Positions 45,245 through 55,233 of a stretch of DNA of 64,000 nt are shown here, in pieces. The DNA is from Myxococcota bacterium. Lineage in GTDB: Bacteria; Myxococcota_A; UBA796; CAJQPC01. A model generated the notes under the pieces. It was not told where the DNA came from and ran no database searches. It was given only the letters and a program-made list of their open reading frames with translations. Numbering within the stretch: the first letter of the stretch is position 1; every line of letters starts with the position of its first letter. Position numbers and translations under genes: made by a program. The DNA is taken from positions 96,001 to 160,000 of the forward strand of contig DASCPX010000179.1 of assembly GCA_036012755.1 (NCBI GenBank), in the 5' to 3' direction.

Positions 45245-46348
45245 ATGTCCGTCCGGATGCACGAGCTGCTGACCTTCGCCGTCAAGATCGGCGCATCGGA
45301 CCTTCACATCGGCGCCCTCGAGATCCCGGCGATGCGCGTCGATGGCGAGATCAAGCGCCTCGACCTCCCGCCGCTGGGCACGGACGACGCCAAGCGCCTC
45401 GCCTACTCGGTGATGAGCGAGAAGCAAAAGACCCAGTTCGAGAACGAGCTGGAGGTCGACTTCTCGATCGGCCTGAAGGGGCTCGCGCGGTTCCGGATCA
45501 ACGTCTTCACCCAGACCCGGGGTGTCGGCATGGTGCTCCGGCAGATCCCCTCGAAGGTCCTGACCCTCGAGGAGATCAAGGCGCCGAAGGTCTTCGAGCG
45601 CATCTCCGACTTCAAGAAGGGCCTGGTCCTGGTCACCGGGCCGACCGGCGCCGGAAAGTCGACCACGCTGGCCTCGATGATCGACCACATCAACAAGACC
45701 CGCAGCGAGCACATCCTGACCGTCGAGGACCCGGTCGAGTTCGTCCACATGCCGAACCGCTGCCTGATCAACCAGCGCGAGGTCGGCTCCCACACGAAGT
45801 CCTTCTCCGCCGCGCTGCGCTCCGCCCTCCGCGAGGATCCGGACGTCATCCTCGTCGGCGAGCTCCGCGACCTGGAGACGATCTCGTTGGCGCTGACAGC
45901 CGCCGAGACCGGTCACCTGGTCTTCGGGACACTGCACACGAACTCCGCCGCTGAGACCGTCGACCGCATCATCGACGTCTTCCCGCACGAGCAGCAGCAG
46001 CAGGTGCGAGCGATGACCTCGACCTCTCTGATGGCGGTGATCTCCCAGGCGCTCCTGAAGCGGCAGGACGGCAAGGGACGCGTCGCCGCGCACGAGATCA
46101 TGCTGGTCAACCCGGCGATCCGGAACCTGATCCGAGAGAACAAGCTCTACCAGATCCCGTCGATCATACAGACGGCACGGGGCGAGGGCATGCAGACGAT
46201 GGAGGACAGCCTCCGCGCCCACGCCTTCGCCGGGCTCATCAGCCGGCAGGCTGCGATCCTGCAGTGCAACAACCCGAAGATGTTCGAAGACAGCCGGACC
46301 GAGGCCTTCGAGCGCAAGAAGCGTCCGGCAGGAGCGCGACGGCGTTGA
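45245..46348 (+). CDS. pilT: Type IV pilus retraction ATPase
   Basis: GASDLH, GPTGAGKST, ALREDPDVILVGE, TLHT and the AIRNLIRE signature. Confidence 0.95.
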   Translation: MSVRMHELLTFAVKIGASDLHIGALEIPAMRVDGEIKRLDLPPLGTDDAKRLAYSVMSEKQKTQFENELEVDFSIGLKGLARFRINVFTQTRGVGMVLRQIPSKVLTLEEIKAPKVFERISDFKKGLVLVTGPTGAGKSTTLASMIDHINKTRSEHILTVEDPVEFVHMPNRCLINQREVGSHTKSFSAALRSALREDPDVILVGELRDLETISLALTAAETGHLVFGTLHTNSAAETVDRIIDVFPHEQQQQVRAMTSTSLMAVISQALLKRQDGKGRVAAHEIMLVNPAIRNLIRENKLYQIPSIIQTARGEGMQTMEDSLRAHAFAGLISRQAAILQCNNPKMFEDSRTEAFERKKRPAGARRR

Positions 46349-46545
46349 CGATCACAGTGAACGGGCAGACCCGCGAGGTCCCCGATGACACCCGCCTGGA
46401 CACCCTCCTCGAGGATCTCCACGTTCGCGTCGAGGCCGTCGCGGTGGCGGTCAACCTGATCGTAGTGCCCAGGCGATCCCTCCGAGACGTAGAGCTGAAG
46501 CCGGACGACCGCGTAGAAGTCGTCCGAGCGGTCGGCGGGGGGTAA
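46345..46545 (+). CDS. thiS: Sulfur carrier protein ThiS
   Basis: ITVNG…AVAVN…VP…DRVEVV.AVGGG C-terminus; TTG start overlaps the pilT stop. Confidence 0.9.
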   Translation: MTITVNGQTREVPDDTRLDTLLEDLHVRVEAVAVAVNLIVVPRRSLRDVELKPDDRVEVVRAVGGG

Positions 46546-46608
46546 TCCTCCGAGCAGGTTCTTCCGATCCTCCTGGGCGACGAAACGCGACGACCCCGGA
46601 GGTCACGG

Positions 46609-48735
46609 ATGACTCTTCTCGCACTGCTCACGCCCACCTTTGGCGCAACCTGGTCGGTCGGCCCCCACGGCGACTTCGACAGCATCCAAGAGGCCGTAGA
46701 CACCGCCGCCGATGGGGACTCGATCCTCATCCAGCAGGGCGACTACGAGCTCGTCGTCATCGACGGACGGGACCTCGCCATCGAGGCGTCGCCCGGCGTG
46801 ACCTTGGAGTCGATCCACTTCCTCGACTCGACCGTCAGCTTCGTCGGTCTGAACATCGCCGAGGCGATGGTCGTCGAGGGCGGCACCGTCACCGGCTCCA
46901 ACACCCGCTTCGTCGGACACGGCAAGATGAGCGCCCCCGCGCTGACCGTCGTCCGCGGCGAGGTCTCGCTCACCGACACCAGCGTCTCCGACTGGGACGC
47001 CCCAGGCAGCCCGATCGAGATCTTCGACGGCGGCGCCAGCTTCGATGGCATGGACGTCGTCCGCACAGGCGGTGACTCCGGCGGCGCGATGCACGTCTAC
47101 GGCGGCACCGTGTCGGTCAGCTCCAGCCGCTTCAGCGACATCCGGGCGGCCGGCTCCGGCGGAGCCATCGCGGTCTCCGATGGCAGCCTCGCGGTCTCCG
47201 CTTCCACCTTCGAGTCCTGCTCCGCGGAGCGCGGCGGCTTCCTGTCCGTCCACGACGCCAGCGCGAGCATCGAGACCTCCTCGTTCGAGGGCGGCTTCGC
47301 CCGCACCGGCGGCGGCGCCATGCACCTCGACGGCGGCTCGCTCACCGTCACCTCCGTGAGCTTCCGAGACAACGAGGCCACCGGGAGCGGCGGGAGCATG
47401 GCGATCCAGCGCGGCTCGTTCTCTGCCACTGACATCGAGTCCGACGGCAGCATCGCCGAGTCCGGTGGACACATCTTCGTCAGCTCCGGCGCGTCCGTCT
47501 CCATCACCCGCAGCGTGCTGTCGGCCGGTCAGGCTGTCTCCGGCGCCGGGCTGACCAACGACGGCGGCTCCGTCTTCGTGTCCAATGCCATCTGGAAGGA
47601 CGCCGAGTGGGCCGACGTGGGCGGCGCCGTCTACATGTCCGATGGTTCCCTCGAGATGCGCTACGCCGTCCTGGCCCGCAACAAGGCCGCCGTCGGTGGC
47701 GGCGTCGCGATGGAGGGCGGTGACGCCCACTTCGAGGGCTGCATCATCGCCCACAACACCGCAGAGGCCATCGCCAACGCCGGCTCCGGCTCCGCGACCT
47801 ACCGTCACGGCGTGACCTGGGACAACAGCGGCGTCGAGATCGCAGGCAACGTGCACTTTGGCGCTGGCGCCTTCGCCGCCGACCCGATGTTCCGCAGCCC
47901 CGAGGGCGGCGACTACGCGCTCTGGAGCTACAGCCCGGCGCTGGACTCTGGCCCTGCCGGCGAGGTCGACCCCGACCTCACCGCCCCCGACATGGGCGCC
48001 TACGGTGGACATCTGGCCTGGGCCCTCCCGGACGAGGACGGCGACGGCCACGTCTACGGACGCGACTGCGACGACCAGGACCCGGACTCCTTCGAGTACG
48101 CCATCGACGCCTGGTACGACGGCATCGACCATGACTGCCGCCGCAACTCCGACTTCGACATGGACGGCGACGGGCACGACTCGGCCATCTTCGGCGGAGA
48201 CGACTGCGACGACTCCAACGCCAGCCGCAACCCCTCTCACTACGAAGAGAGCGGCGACGAGTTCGACAGCGACTGCGACGGGCTGCTCGACCGCGACGGC
48301 GACGGCGACGGCTGGTCGGACGCGGTCGACTGCGACGACCAGGATCCCGACGTCCACCCGGCCGCCCACGACGCCCCCTACGATGGCATCGACACCGACT
48401 GTCGCGGAGACGACGACTACGACTGGGACGGCGATGGCTGGCGTCTCGAGGTCGACTGCGACGACACCGACCCCTACGTTCACCCCGACGCGGCCGAAGT
48501 CAGCGATGACGGCGTCGACCAGGACTGCGATGGCAGCGACCTGGACGGCTCGGCCCCCGGCTACGTCGACACCCTGGTGGCTTCGTCCGATGACGACGAG
48601 GTCCCCTGGGCCCCCGTTTCCCCGCCCAGCTACGCCGTCACCACCGGCGGCTGCAGCTCGGCACAGACTCCCACCGGCCTCGCCGCTGCGCTCCTTGCGC
48701 TCGCTGGCACGCTCCTCCTCCGCCGCCGCGACTAG
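46609..48735 (+). CDS. Surface protein: parallel beta-helix (GGA repeats) + MopE-like repeats + MYXO-CTERM-like anchor
   Basis: SIQEAVD, repeated GGA(I/M/V), DMGAYGG, DCDD repeats, GGCSS…LLLRRRD. Confidence 0.88.
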   Translation: MTLLALLTPTFGATWSVGPHGDFDSIQEAVDTAADGDSILIQQGDYELVVIDGRDLAIEASPGVTLESIHFLDSTVSFVGLNIAEAMVVEGGTVTGSNTRFVGHGKMSAPALTVVRGEVSLTDTSVSDWDAPGSPIEIFDGGASFDGMDVVRTGGDSGGAMHVYGGTVSVSSSRFSDIRAAGSGGAIAVSDGSLAVSASTFESCSAERGGFLSVHDASASIETSSFEGGFARTGGGAMHLDGGSLTVTSVSFRDNEATGSGGSMAIQRGSFSATDIESDGSIAESGGHIFVSSGASVSITRSVLSAGQAVSGAGLTNDGGSVFVSNAIWKDAEWADVGGAVYMSDGSLEMRYAVLARNKAAVGGGVAMEGGDAHFEGCIIAHNTAEAIANAGSGSATYRHGVTWDNSGVEIAGNVHFGAGAFAADPMFRSPEGGDYALWSYSPALDSGPAGEVDPDLTAPDMGAYGGHLAWALPDEDGDGHVYGRDCDDQDPDSFEYAIDAWYDGIDHDCRRNSDFDMDGDGHDSAIFGGDDCDDSNASRNPSHYEESGDEFDSDCDGLLDRDGDGDGWSDAVDCDDQDPDVHPAAHDAPYDGIDTDCRGDDDYDWDGDGWRLEVDCDDTDPYVHPDAAEVSDDGVDQDCDGSDLDGSAPGYVDTLVASSDDDEVPWAPVSPPSYAVTTGGCSSAQTPTGLAAALLALAGTLLLRRRD

Positions 48736-48855
48736 GACGCGCAGCGTCCCCGGCCCCTCGTTGTGAGGGGTCGGGGAAGGCCCCCCCACTTTCCTCCGAA
48801 GCCTCGGCTTCACCGTCACGTCGTCGATCGGCCTGGGAATCCTCCCGGGCCGATC
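48735..48855 (+). other. Cluster of four intergenic hairpins (terminator, RNA stabiliser or structured leader)
   Basis: Stems at 48735-48749 (6 bp), 48748-48776 (12 bp, one G.U), 48798-48811 (5-6 bp) and 48826-48855 (13 bp, one G.U); no clear poly-U tail. Confidence 0.55.
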
Positions 48856-48891
48856 CTTCTCTGGACAGCCATCCGCGGTTAGTTCGCGTGA

Positions 48892-49941
48892 ATGCTTCTG
48901 CTGTCACTCGCCTGCACCGCCGAGCCCGAGACCACCTCGACGCTCCCGCCCCCCCTGCCCGCCATGGGTACGCCAGCCATCGCCCAGGACGGCGACGGTG
49001 TCGTCGCGACCTGGAAGGGCGGCCAGATGACCTACTCAGAGCTCCAGGCGGAGATCGGGAGCGAGCTGGCGCTCCTGGAGATCGAGTACCTCCAGGGCCG
49101 ATACCAGCTCGAGACCGCCGCGCTGCAGGAGGCGACGACCCTGAAGGTGCTGGAGGCCGAGGCGGCCTCTCGCTCCATGACCCTCGAGGAGCTGCTGAAG
49201 GTCGAGGTCGAGGACAAGGTCGCCAGGCCCACCGAAGACGAGGTGAAGGAGTTCTACCCGCTGGTCGCGCGCCAGCTCCGGAACGCCCCCTTCGAGGCCG
49301 TGAAGGACCAGGTCGAGATCGCGCTGCTCAACCGCCGCCAGGGCGAGCGCATGCAGGTCTACCTCCAGGAGATCGACGCCCTCTACGAGATCGACACGCA
49401 GCTGCCCTATCCGGACCTTCCCAGGATGGACGTCAGCGTCGACGACGACCCCTCACGGGGGCCCGATACCGCCAAGGTCACCATCGTCGAGTTCGCCGAC
49501 TACAACTGCGGCTACTGCCGCAAGATCTACCCGACCCTCGTCGAGCTCATCGAGACCGACTACCCGGGCCAGGTGAAGCTGGTCTACCGCGACTACCCGC
49601 TCTCCGGCGGCGCGGGCGGACTCGAGCCCACCATCGCAGCCAACTGCGCCGGCGCCCAAGGCAAGTACTGGGAGATGCACGACGCCCTGATGCGTCGGGG
49701 CAACTACTCCGAGGCCGCGCTGGCCGGCTACGCAGCCGAGATCGGACTGGACGCCGACGCCTTCACAGACTGCACCTCGAAGCCAGAGGACAGCCTGCCG
49801 GAGATCATGGAGGACTTCCAGGCCGGGCGAGAGGTCGGGGTCACCGGAACGCCAGCCTTCTTCATCAACGGCATCCCGCTCTCCGGCGCCGTGCCAAAGG
49901 ACCAGTTCGTGGCCGTGATCGAGAAAGAGCTGGGCTCGTGA
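48892..49941 (+). CDS. DsbA/thioredoxin-like lipoprotein with SurA-N-like domain
   Basis: MLLLSLAC; EFADYNCGYC; GVTGTPAFFING. Confidence 0.9.
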   Translation: MLLLSLACTAEPETTSTLPPPLPAMGTPAIAQDGDGVVATWKGGQMTYSELQAEIGSELALLEIEYLQGRYQLETAALQEATTLKVLEAEAASRSMTLEELLKVEVEDKVARPTEDEVKEFYPLVARQLRNAPFEAVKDQVEIALLNRRQGERMQVYLQEIDALYEIDTQLPYPDLPRMDVSVDDDPSRGPDTAKVTIVEFADYNCGYCRKIYPTLVELIETDYPGQVKLVYRDYPLSGGAGGLEPTIAANCAGAQGKYWEMHDALMRRGNYSEAALAGYAAEIGLDADAFTDCTSKPEDSLPEIMEDFQAGREVGVTGTPAFFINGIPLSGAVPKDQFVAVIEKELGS

Positions 49942-50951
49942 GCGATCTCGCTGCCCTCCGAGACGAGGCCACCACGGCCCTGTCCGGGGCAGCCGACTTG
50001 CGCTCGCTGGAGACACTCCGGGTCCGCTTCCTCGGCAAGAAGGGGGCCATCAAGGCGCTGCAGAAGAAGACGGGCCAGCTCCCGCCAGAGGAGCGGAAGG
50101 GCTGGGGCATGAAGGTCAACGCGCTGGTGAAGGAGGTCACCTCTGCGCTCGAGGCTCGCAAGGAGCAGCTGGAGCGAGCCGCGCAGGAGGCCGCGCTGGA
50201 GGCGGGCTGGATCGACCCGACGCTGCCGACACCCAGGCTCCAGGGGGGCTTGCACCCCATCACGAAGGTGCTGATGGAGGTCGTCGACCACTTCCACGGC
50301 CTTGGCTACGAGGTCGCCAGCGGCCCGGAGATCGAGGACGCCTTCCACAACTTCGACGCCCTGAACATCCCGGCGAACCACCCCGCCCGGGACGTCTGGG
50401 ACACCTTCTACCTGACCACCGGCGAGATCCCCCGCACCCACACCAGCTCCGTCCAGATCCGCACCCTGGAGTCGCGACAGCCGCCACTGCGCATCATCGC
50501 GCCGGGCAAGTGCTTCCGGAACGAGACCATCGACGCCACGCACCTGGCGGCCTTCAACCAGTGCGAAGGCCTCTACATCGACCGCGACGTCACGGTCGGC
50601 CACCTCAAGGCGACCCTCGAGGGCCTCGTCGAGCGGCTCATGGGACGCCGGGTGCCGACCCGCTTCCGGCCAGCCTTCTACCCCTTCGTCGAGCCCGGGC
50701 TCGACCTCGACATCGAGTGCATCTTCTGCCTTGGAGATGGCTGCTCGATCTGCAAGGACAGTGGCTGGATCGAGGTCATCCCCTGCGGCATGGTCCACCC
50801 CAACGTGCTGCGGGCCTGTGGACACGATCCAGACGAGTGGAACGGCTTCGCCTTCGGCATGGGCTTCGACCGCATGGTCATGCTCCGCTACGGCATCGAC
50901 GACCTCCGCCGCCTCTACGACGGCAACCTGGACCTCGTCCGCAAGCTCTGA
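49938..50951 (+). CDS. pheS: Phenylalanine--tRNA ligase alpha subunit
   Basis: NFDALNIP..HPAR, RTHTS, PF.EP and GFAFGMG motifs; GTGA-coupled. Confidence 0.96.
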   Translation: MSDLAALRDEATTALSGAADLRSLETLRVRFLGKKGAIKALQKKTGQLPPEERKGWGMKVNALVKEVTSALEARKEQLERAAQEAALEAGWIDPTLPTPRLQGGLHPITKVLMEVVDHFHGLGYEVASGPEIEDAFHNFDALNIPANHPARDVWDTFYLTTGEIPRTHTSSVQIRTLESRQPPLRIIAPGKCFRNETIDATHLAAFNQCEGLYIDRDVTVGHLKATLEGLVERLMGRRVPTRFRPAFYPFVEPGLDLDIECIFCLGDGCSICKDSGWIEVIPCGMVHPNVLRACGHDPDEWNGFAFGMGFDRMVMLRYGIDDLRRLYDGNLDLVRKL

Positions 50952-50984
50952 TCGGATAGGCAGTCGGGATCGAGGAACCCGACC

Positions 50985-53000
50985 ATGGCCGCACCCGGAC
51001 TGTCCGCCCAGCTCAAGGGCCTGGACAATCGCTTCTGGATCGTCAACATCATGGAGATGTTCGAGCGGCTCGCCTACTACGGCGTCCGCGCGGTCGTCGC
51101 GATCTACATGGTGCTCGCGCTGGAGGAAGGCGGGCCCCAGTTCACGCACGTCCAGAAAGGCACCATCTACGCAGGCTGGGCCTTCGTGCAGTCGATGCTG
51201 CCGGTCTTCACCGGCGGCTTCGCGGACCGCTACGGCCACAAGAAGACCATCGCCATCGCCATCGCGATCAAGATCGTCGGCTACCTCTTCATGGCCTTCT
51301 TCCAAGACTACGGCCTGTTCTACGCGGGCTGCATGCTCCTGGCGGCGGGCACGGCCATCTTCAAGCCAGGCGTCCAGGGCACCCTCGCCGCCACCCTGAA
51401 GCAGTCCAACGCCTCCGTCGGCTGGGGCGTCTTCTACCAGCTGGTGAACGTCGGGGGCTTCCTCGGCCCGGTCATCGCCGGCTTCCTGCGCCTGTTGGAC
51501 TGGAAGTACGTCTTCATCAGCTGCGCCGGCATCGTGGCGATCAACTACCTCTGGCTCCCCTTCTACAAGGACCCGACCCAGGACGAGGACGCCGTCGACC
51601 AGTCCGCCCAGGAGCTGAACTGGTCGACCCTGTCCAATGCCGTCAGCACCAACTGGGCCCGCGTGGTCCTGGGCTTCTGGGTGCTGTTGACCTGCATCGC
51701 CGGCTTCTACGCGATCCGGGAGTTCACGCTGCAGCACGTGCAGCTATTCGTCATGGCAGGGGTCTTCGCTGGCTCCATGGGCATCTACGTGGCGTCGAAG
51801 GGCTCCTTCGACCGGGGTCGGACGGATCCGCTGAGCGTCTTCGTCGTCTCGGTGGCGGGGCTCTTCCAGCACCGCGTGCTGTGGTTCTGCCTGGTCTTCT
51901 CCGGCTTCTGGTTCATGTTCAACCAGGTCTTCGACCTGCTGCCCAACGTGATCGACGACTGGGTCGACAGCTCGATGGTCATCGAGGCCCTTGGCAATGC
52001 CTTCTCCCTGCCCTGGGTCCCGGTGGTTCTCGCGGCGGTGCTCGCCCTGATCTACGGGGGTGTCTGCGCCGTTGGCGTGTGGCTGGCCTTCCGACCAGAC
52101 CGGCGCAAGGCGACGGAGGTCCCGGACTCCTCGTACATCGTGCTCACCCTGGCCTTCTCGGGCGCCTTCGCCCTTGGCCTGCTCTACGTCCTGCCAGGCT
52201 GGGGAGGGCTGCTCGCCATCGGCCTCGCCGGAATGGTGGCCGGGGTCGCTCGCGGGCTGCGGCTCGGCGGCCGACCCCTCGCGATCTCCGCCTGGATCAT
52301 CGCCTTGTTGAGTGGCTTCGTGAGCATCGAGGCCGGGCTCTCCGCCAGCGCCCCGGAGCTGGTGCGGCTCGGCCAGGAGGGGCAGCAGATCAACCCGGAG
52401 TGGATGATCAACCTGAACCCCGGGCTGATCGTCTTCACGATGGTCGGCTTCGCGTACCTGTCCGGCTTCGTGCGGCCCCTGGTCAGCATCGTCATCGGCA
52501 TGCTGGTCGCCACAGTCGGGGCCCTGCTCGCGGGCACCGCCAGCGTCGGCTGGATCTGCCTGGCCGGCATCGCGGTCTTCTCGATCGGGGAGATGCTGTC
52601 GAGCCCCAAGAAGATGGAGTACCTGGCCACCCTGGCGCGGAAGGGCCAGGAGGGCCTCTTCATGGGCTACGCCAACGTGCCGCTGGCCATCGGCTGGGTC
52701 GCGGGCTCGATCCTCGCCGGCAACGCCTACGAGGAGCACGGCGACAAGGTCAACCTGGCCAGGCGCCACCTCGTCGAGGTCCTCGACCAGGACCCCGTGT
52801 ACATCGAGGGGCTCCAGAAGACCGACGTGATGCCCACCCTGGCCGAGGCGCTCGGCAGCTCGGTGCCAGAGGCACAACAGCTCCTCTTCGCGACCTACCA
52901 CCCAGATCGCATCTGGTGGGGCATCGCAGCCATCGGCGTCCTGAGTATCCTGGGCATGCTCATCTACGATCGCGCCGTGCGGTGGCTGCAGAAGGAGTGA
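50985..53000 (+). CDS. POT/PTR-type MFS peptide transporter with extra membrane segments
   Basis: EMFERLAYYG, GGFADRYG, FKP, FYQLVNVG and GEML.SP motifs; 671 aa. Confidence 0.85.
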   Translation: MAAPGLSAQLKGLDNRFWIVNIMEMFERLAYYGVRAVVAIYMVLALEEGGPQFTHVQKGTIYAGWAFVQSMLPVFTGGFADRYGHKKTIAIAIAIKIVGYLFMAFFQDYGLFYAGCMLLAAGTAIFKPGVQGTLAATLKQSNASVGWGVFYQLVNVGGFLGPVIAGFLRLLDWKYVFISCAGIVAINYLWLPFYKDPTQDEDAVDQSAQELNWSTLSNAVSTNWARVVLGFWVLLTCIAGFYAIREFTLQHVQLFVMAGVFAGSMGIYVASKGSFDRGRTDPLSVFVVSVAGLFQHRVLWFCLVFSGFWFMFNQVFDLLPNVIDDWVDSSMVIEALGNAFSLPWVPVVLAAVLALIYGGVCAVGVWLAFRPDRRKATEVPDSSYIVLTLAFSGAFALGLLYVLPGWGGLLAIGLAGMVAGVARGLRLGGRPLAISAWIIALLSGFVSIEAGLSASAPELVRLGQEGQQINPEWMINLNPGLIVFTMVGFAYLSGFVRPLVSIVIGMLVATVGALLAGTASVGWICLAGIAVFSIGEMLSSPKKMEYLATLARKGQEGLFMGYANVPLAIGWVAGSILAGNAYEEHGDKVNLARRHLVEVLDQDPVYIEGLQKTDVMPTLAEALGSSVPEAQQLLFATYHPDRIWWGIAAIGVLSILGMLIYDRAVRWLQKE

Positions 53001-53010
53001 AACTGTCCCG

Positions 53011-55233
53011 ATGATCCTGCTGTCCCTCGCGCTGGCTACCGACGTCGACCGGGCGCCCTATCTCCAGTCGACCTCGGACACATCCACCCACATCCTCTGG
53101 TGGACGGACGCGGAGAGCGAGGGCCAGGTGCTCTGGGGCGCGGAGGGCGGGGAGCTCGACCAGGTGGCGACGAGCACCTCGGGACTTGCGCACGACGTCG
53201 AGATCACGGGCCTCGATCCGGCCACGACCTACGACTACCAGGTCGAAGACGACGCGGGCCTGGTGCTGGGCGGGGGCAGCTTCACGACGAACCCGCCTGT
53301 CGGCGACCCGGCGACGATGCGCCTGTGGGTCATCGGCGACTCCGGCACGGGAATGCAGGCGCAGTTCGACGTCTACGAGACCTTCCGGAATGCCACCGCA
53401 GAAGACGTCCCGCTCGTGATGCTGCACGTCGGGGACATCGCCTACAACGACGGGACGCACGAGGAGTTCTCCGACAACTTCTTCGGCGTCTACGGGGACT
53501 TCCTGGACTCGGCGACGGCCTGGCCGACCATCGGCAACCACGAGGCCTTCACCTCGAACTCAGAAGACCAGTCCGGTCCCTACTTCGAGGGCTTCGTCCT
53601 GCCGAGCTCGGGAGAGCTCGGTGGCGTCGCCAGCGGCACAGAGGCCTACTACTCCTTCGATCTCGCCAACGTACACGTCGTCGTGCTCGACTCGGCGGAC
53701 ACGGAGCGCACCGCCGATGGCGCGATGGCGCAGTGGCTGGAGCAGGACCTCGCCGCGACGACGCAGGACTGGGTCATCGCCACCTTCCACCATCCGCCGT
53801 ACTCGAAGGGCACCCACGACTCCGACGAGCAGCAGCCACAGATCGCGATGCGCGAGAACCTGGTCCCAATACTGGAGGCCGGGGGAGTCGATCTGGTCCT
53901 CAACGGGCACAGCCACAACTACGAGCGCAGCTACCTGCTCGACGGCGCCTACGAGACGCCGACCACCGACGCGGGCATCCTGGATGCGGACGACGGCACG
54001 CTCGGCGGACAAGGGCCCTATGAGAAGGCCGAGGGCATCACGGCGAACGCGGGCGCCGTCTACGTCGTGGCCGGGCACGGCGGCACCAACATCGGCGGAC
54101 CGGGCGGACACCCGGTCATGTACGTCTCAGAGGTCGAGTGGGGCAGCGTGCTCGTCGACATCGACGACGACCACCTCACCCTGCGAAACCTGCGCGTGGA
54201 CGGCGACTACACCGACGAGTTCACACTGGTCAAGGGCGACGACCTCCTGCTCCACGGCCCGGACGGAGAGGAGCCCCTCGACCCAGGCGAGATCTACACG
54301 ATCGAGTGGACCGCCGTCGGCGAGCTCGAGAGCGTGGACGTCGAGTGGACCTGCGACGGGGAGACCTGGGAGGTGCTCGCAGAGGACGTCGCGGTGGACG
54401 GCTCCTACGACTGGACGGTGCCCGAGTACGGCACGCGAAGGGCCCGAGTGCGGATCACGGCAGGCGACGAGGTCGACACGAGCGACGGCGCGGTCAGCAT
54501 CGTGCGCACGTCCTCTGAGACCCTCGTCGAGATGGGCGCGACCTGGAAGTACTCCGACACCGACGGGGAGCTGGCCGAAGACTGGTACTCCAACACCTTC
54601 GACGACAGCGCCTGGGCCGAAGGAGCCGCGGAGTTGGGCTTCGGCGACGGGGACGAGGCCACGGAGCTGGCGGTCGGGCAGCCGACCTTCTACTTCCGCC
54701 ACACCTTCTCGACCACGGACCCCATCGCCTCTACGAAGCTGACGGTGCTCTACGACGACGGCGCCGCCGTGTGGCTGAACGGGTCCATGTTGGTCCTGAC
54801 CCCCAACATGGGCATCCTCGACTACCCGGACTTCACCAACTACACCGGCTCGGACAACAAGGTCCTGGAGTTCGATCTCCCAGGCAATGTCTACCGAAGC
54901 GGCGACAACGTCCTCGCCGTGATGGTCAAGCAGTCCGAGCCGGAGAGCAACGACCTGTCCTTCGATCTCTCGCTCGAGGTCGAGGTCTACGAGGACCTGC
55001 CGGAGTGCTGGGCCACGCCCATCGACACCGGCGGGGACAGCACCCCGGACAGCGAAGCCGACACAGAGGTCCCGATCGACTCAGAGGTCCCGGACGACTC
55101 GGAAGCGCCCGAGGAGGAAGAAGAGGAAGAGGACGACCGCGAGCCCTACGACCCGGGGGGCTGCTGCAGGGGACCGACCCCCATCGCGCTGTTGCTGCTG
55201 CTGTTGGTACCCTTCTGGTCGAGGCGTCGATGA
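53011..55233 (+). CDS. Purple acid phosphatase-like metallophosphoesterase with accessory domains and MYXO-CTERM-like tail
   Basis: GDSG, GDIAY, GNHE, HHP and GHSH motifs; GGCC…LLLLLL…RRR. Confidence 0.9.
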   Translation: MILLSLALATDVDRAPYLQSTSDTSTHILWWTDAESEGQVLWGAEGGELDQVATSTSGLAHDVEITGLDPATTYDYQVEDDAGLVLGGGSFTTNPPVGDPATMRLWVIGDSGTGMQAQFDVYETFRNATAEDVPLVMLHVGDIAYNDGTHEEFSDNFFGVYGDFLDSATAWPTIGNHEAFTSNSEDQSGPYFEGFVLPSSGELGGVASGTEAYYSFDLANVHVVVLDSADTERTADGAMAQWLEQDLAATTQDWVIATFHHPPYSKGTHDSDEQQPQIAMRENLVPILEAGGVDLVLNGHSHNYERSYLLDGAYETPTTDAGILDADDGTLGGQGPYEKAEGITANAGAVYVVAGHGGTNIGGPGGHPVMYVSEVEWGSVLVDIDDDHLTLRNLRVDGDYTDEFTLVKGDDLLLHGPDGEEPLDPGEIYTIEWTAVGELESVDVEWTCDGETWEVLAEDVAVDGSYDWTVPEYGTRRARVRITAGDEVDTSDGAVSIVRTSSETLVEMGATWKYSDTDGELAEDWYSNTFDDSAWAEGAAELGFGDGDEATELAVGQPTFYFRHTFSTTDPIASTKLTVLYDDGAAVWLNGSMLVLTPNMGILDYPDFTNYTGSDNKVLEFDLPGNVYRSGDNVLAVMVKQSEPESNDLSFDLSLEVEVYEDLPECWATPIDTGGDSTPDSEADTEVPIDSEVPDDSEAPEEEEEEEDDREPYDPGGCCRGPTPIALLLLLLVPFWSRRR

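Noticed and set aside
46264..46345. TPP riboswitch before thiS
   Set aside because: thiS overlaps the pilT stop, so there is no leader, and no TPP aptamer motif is visible
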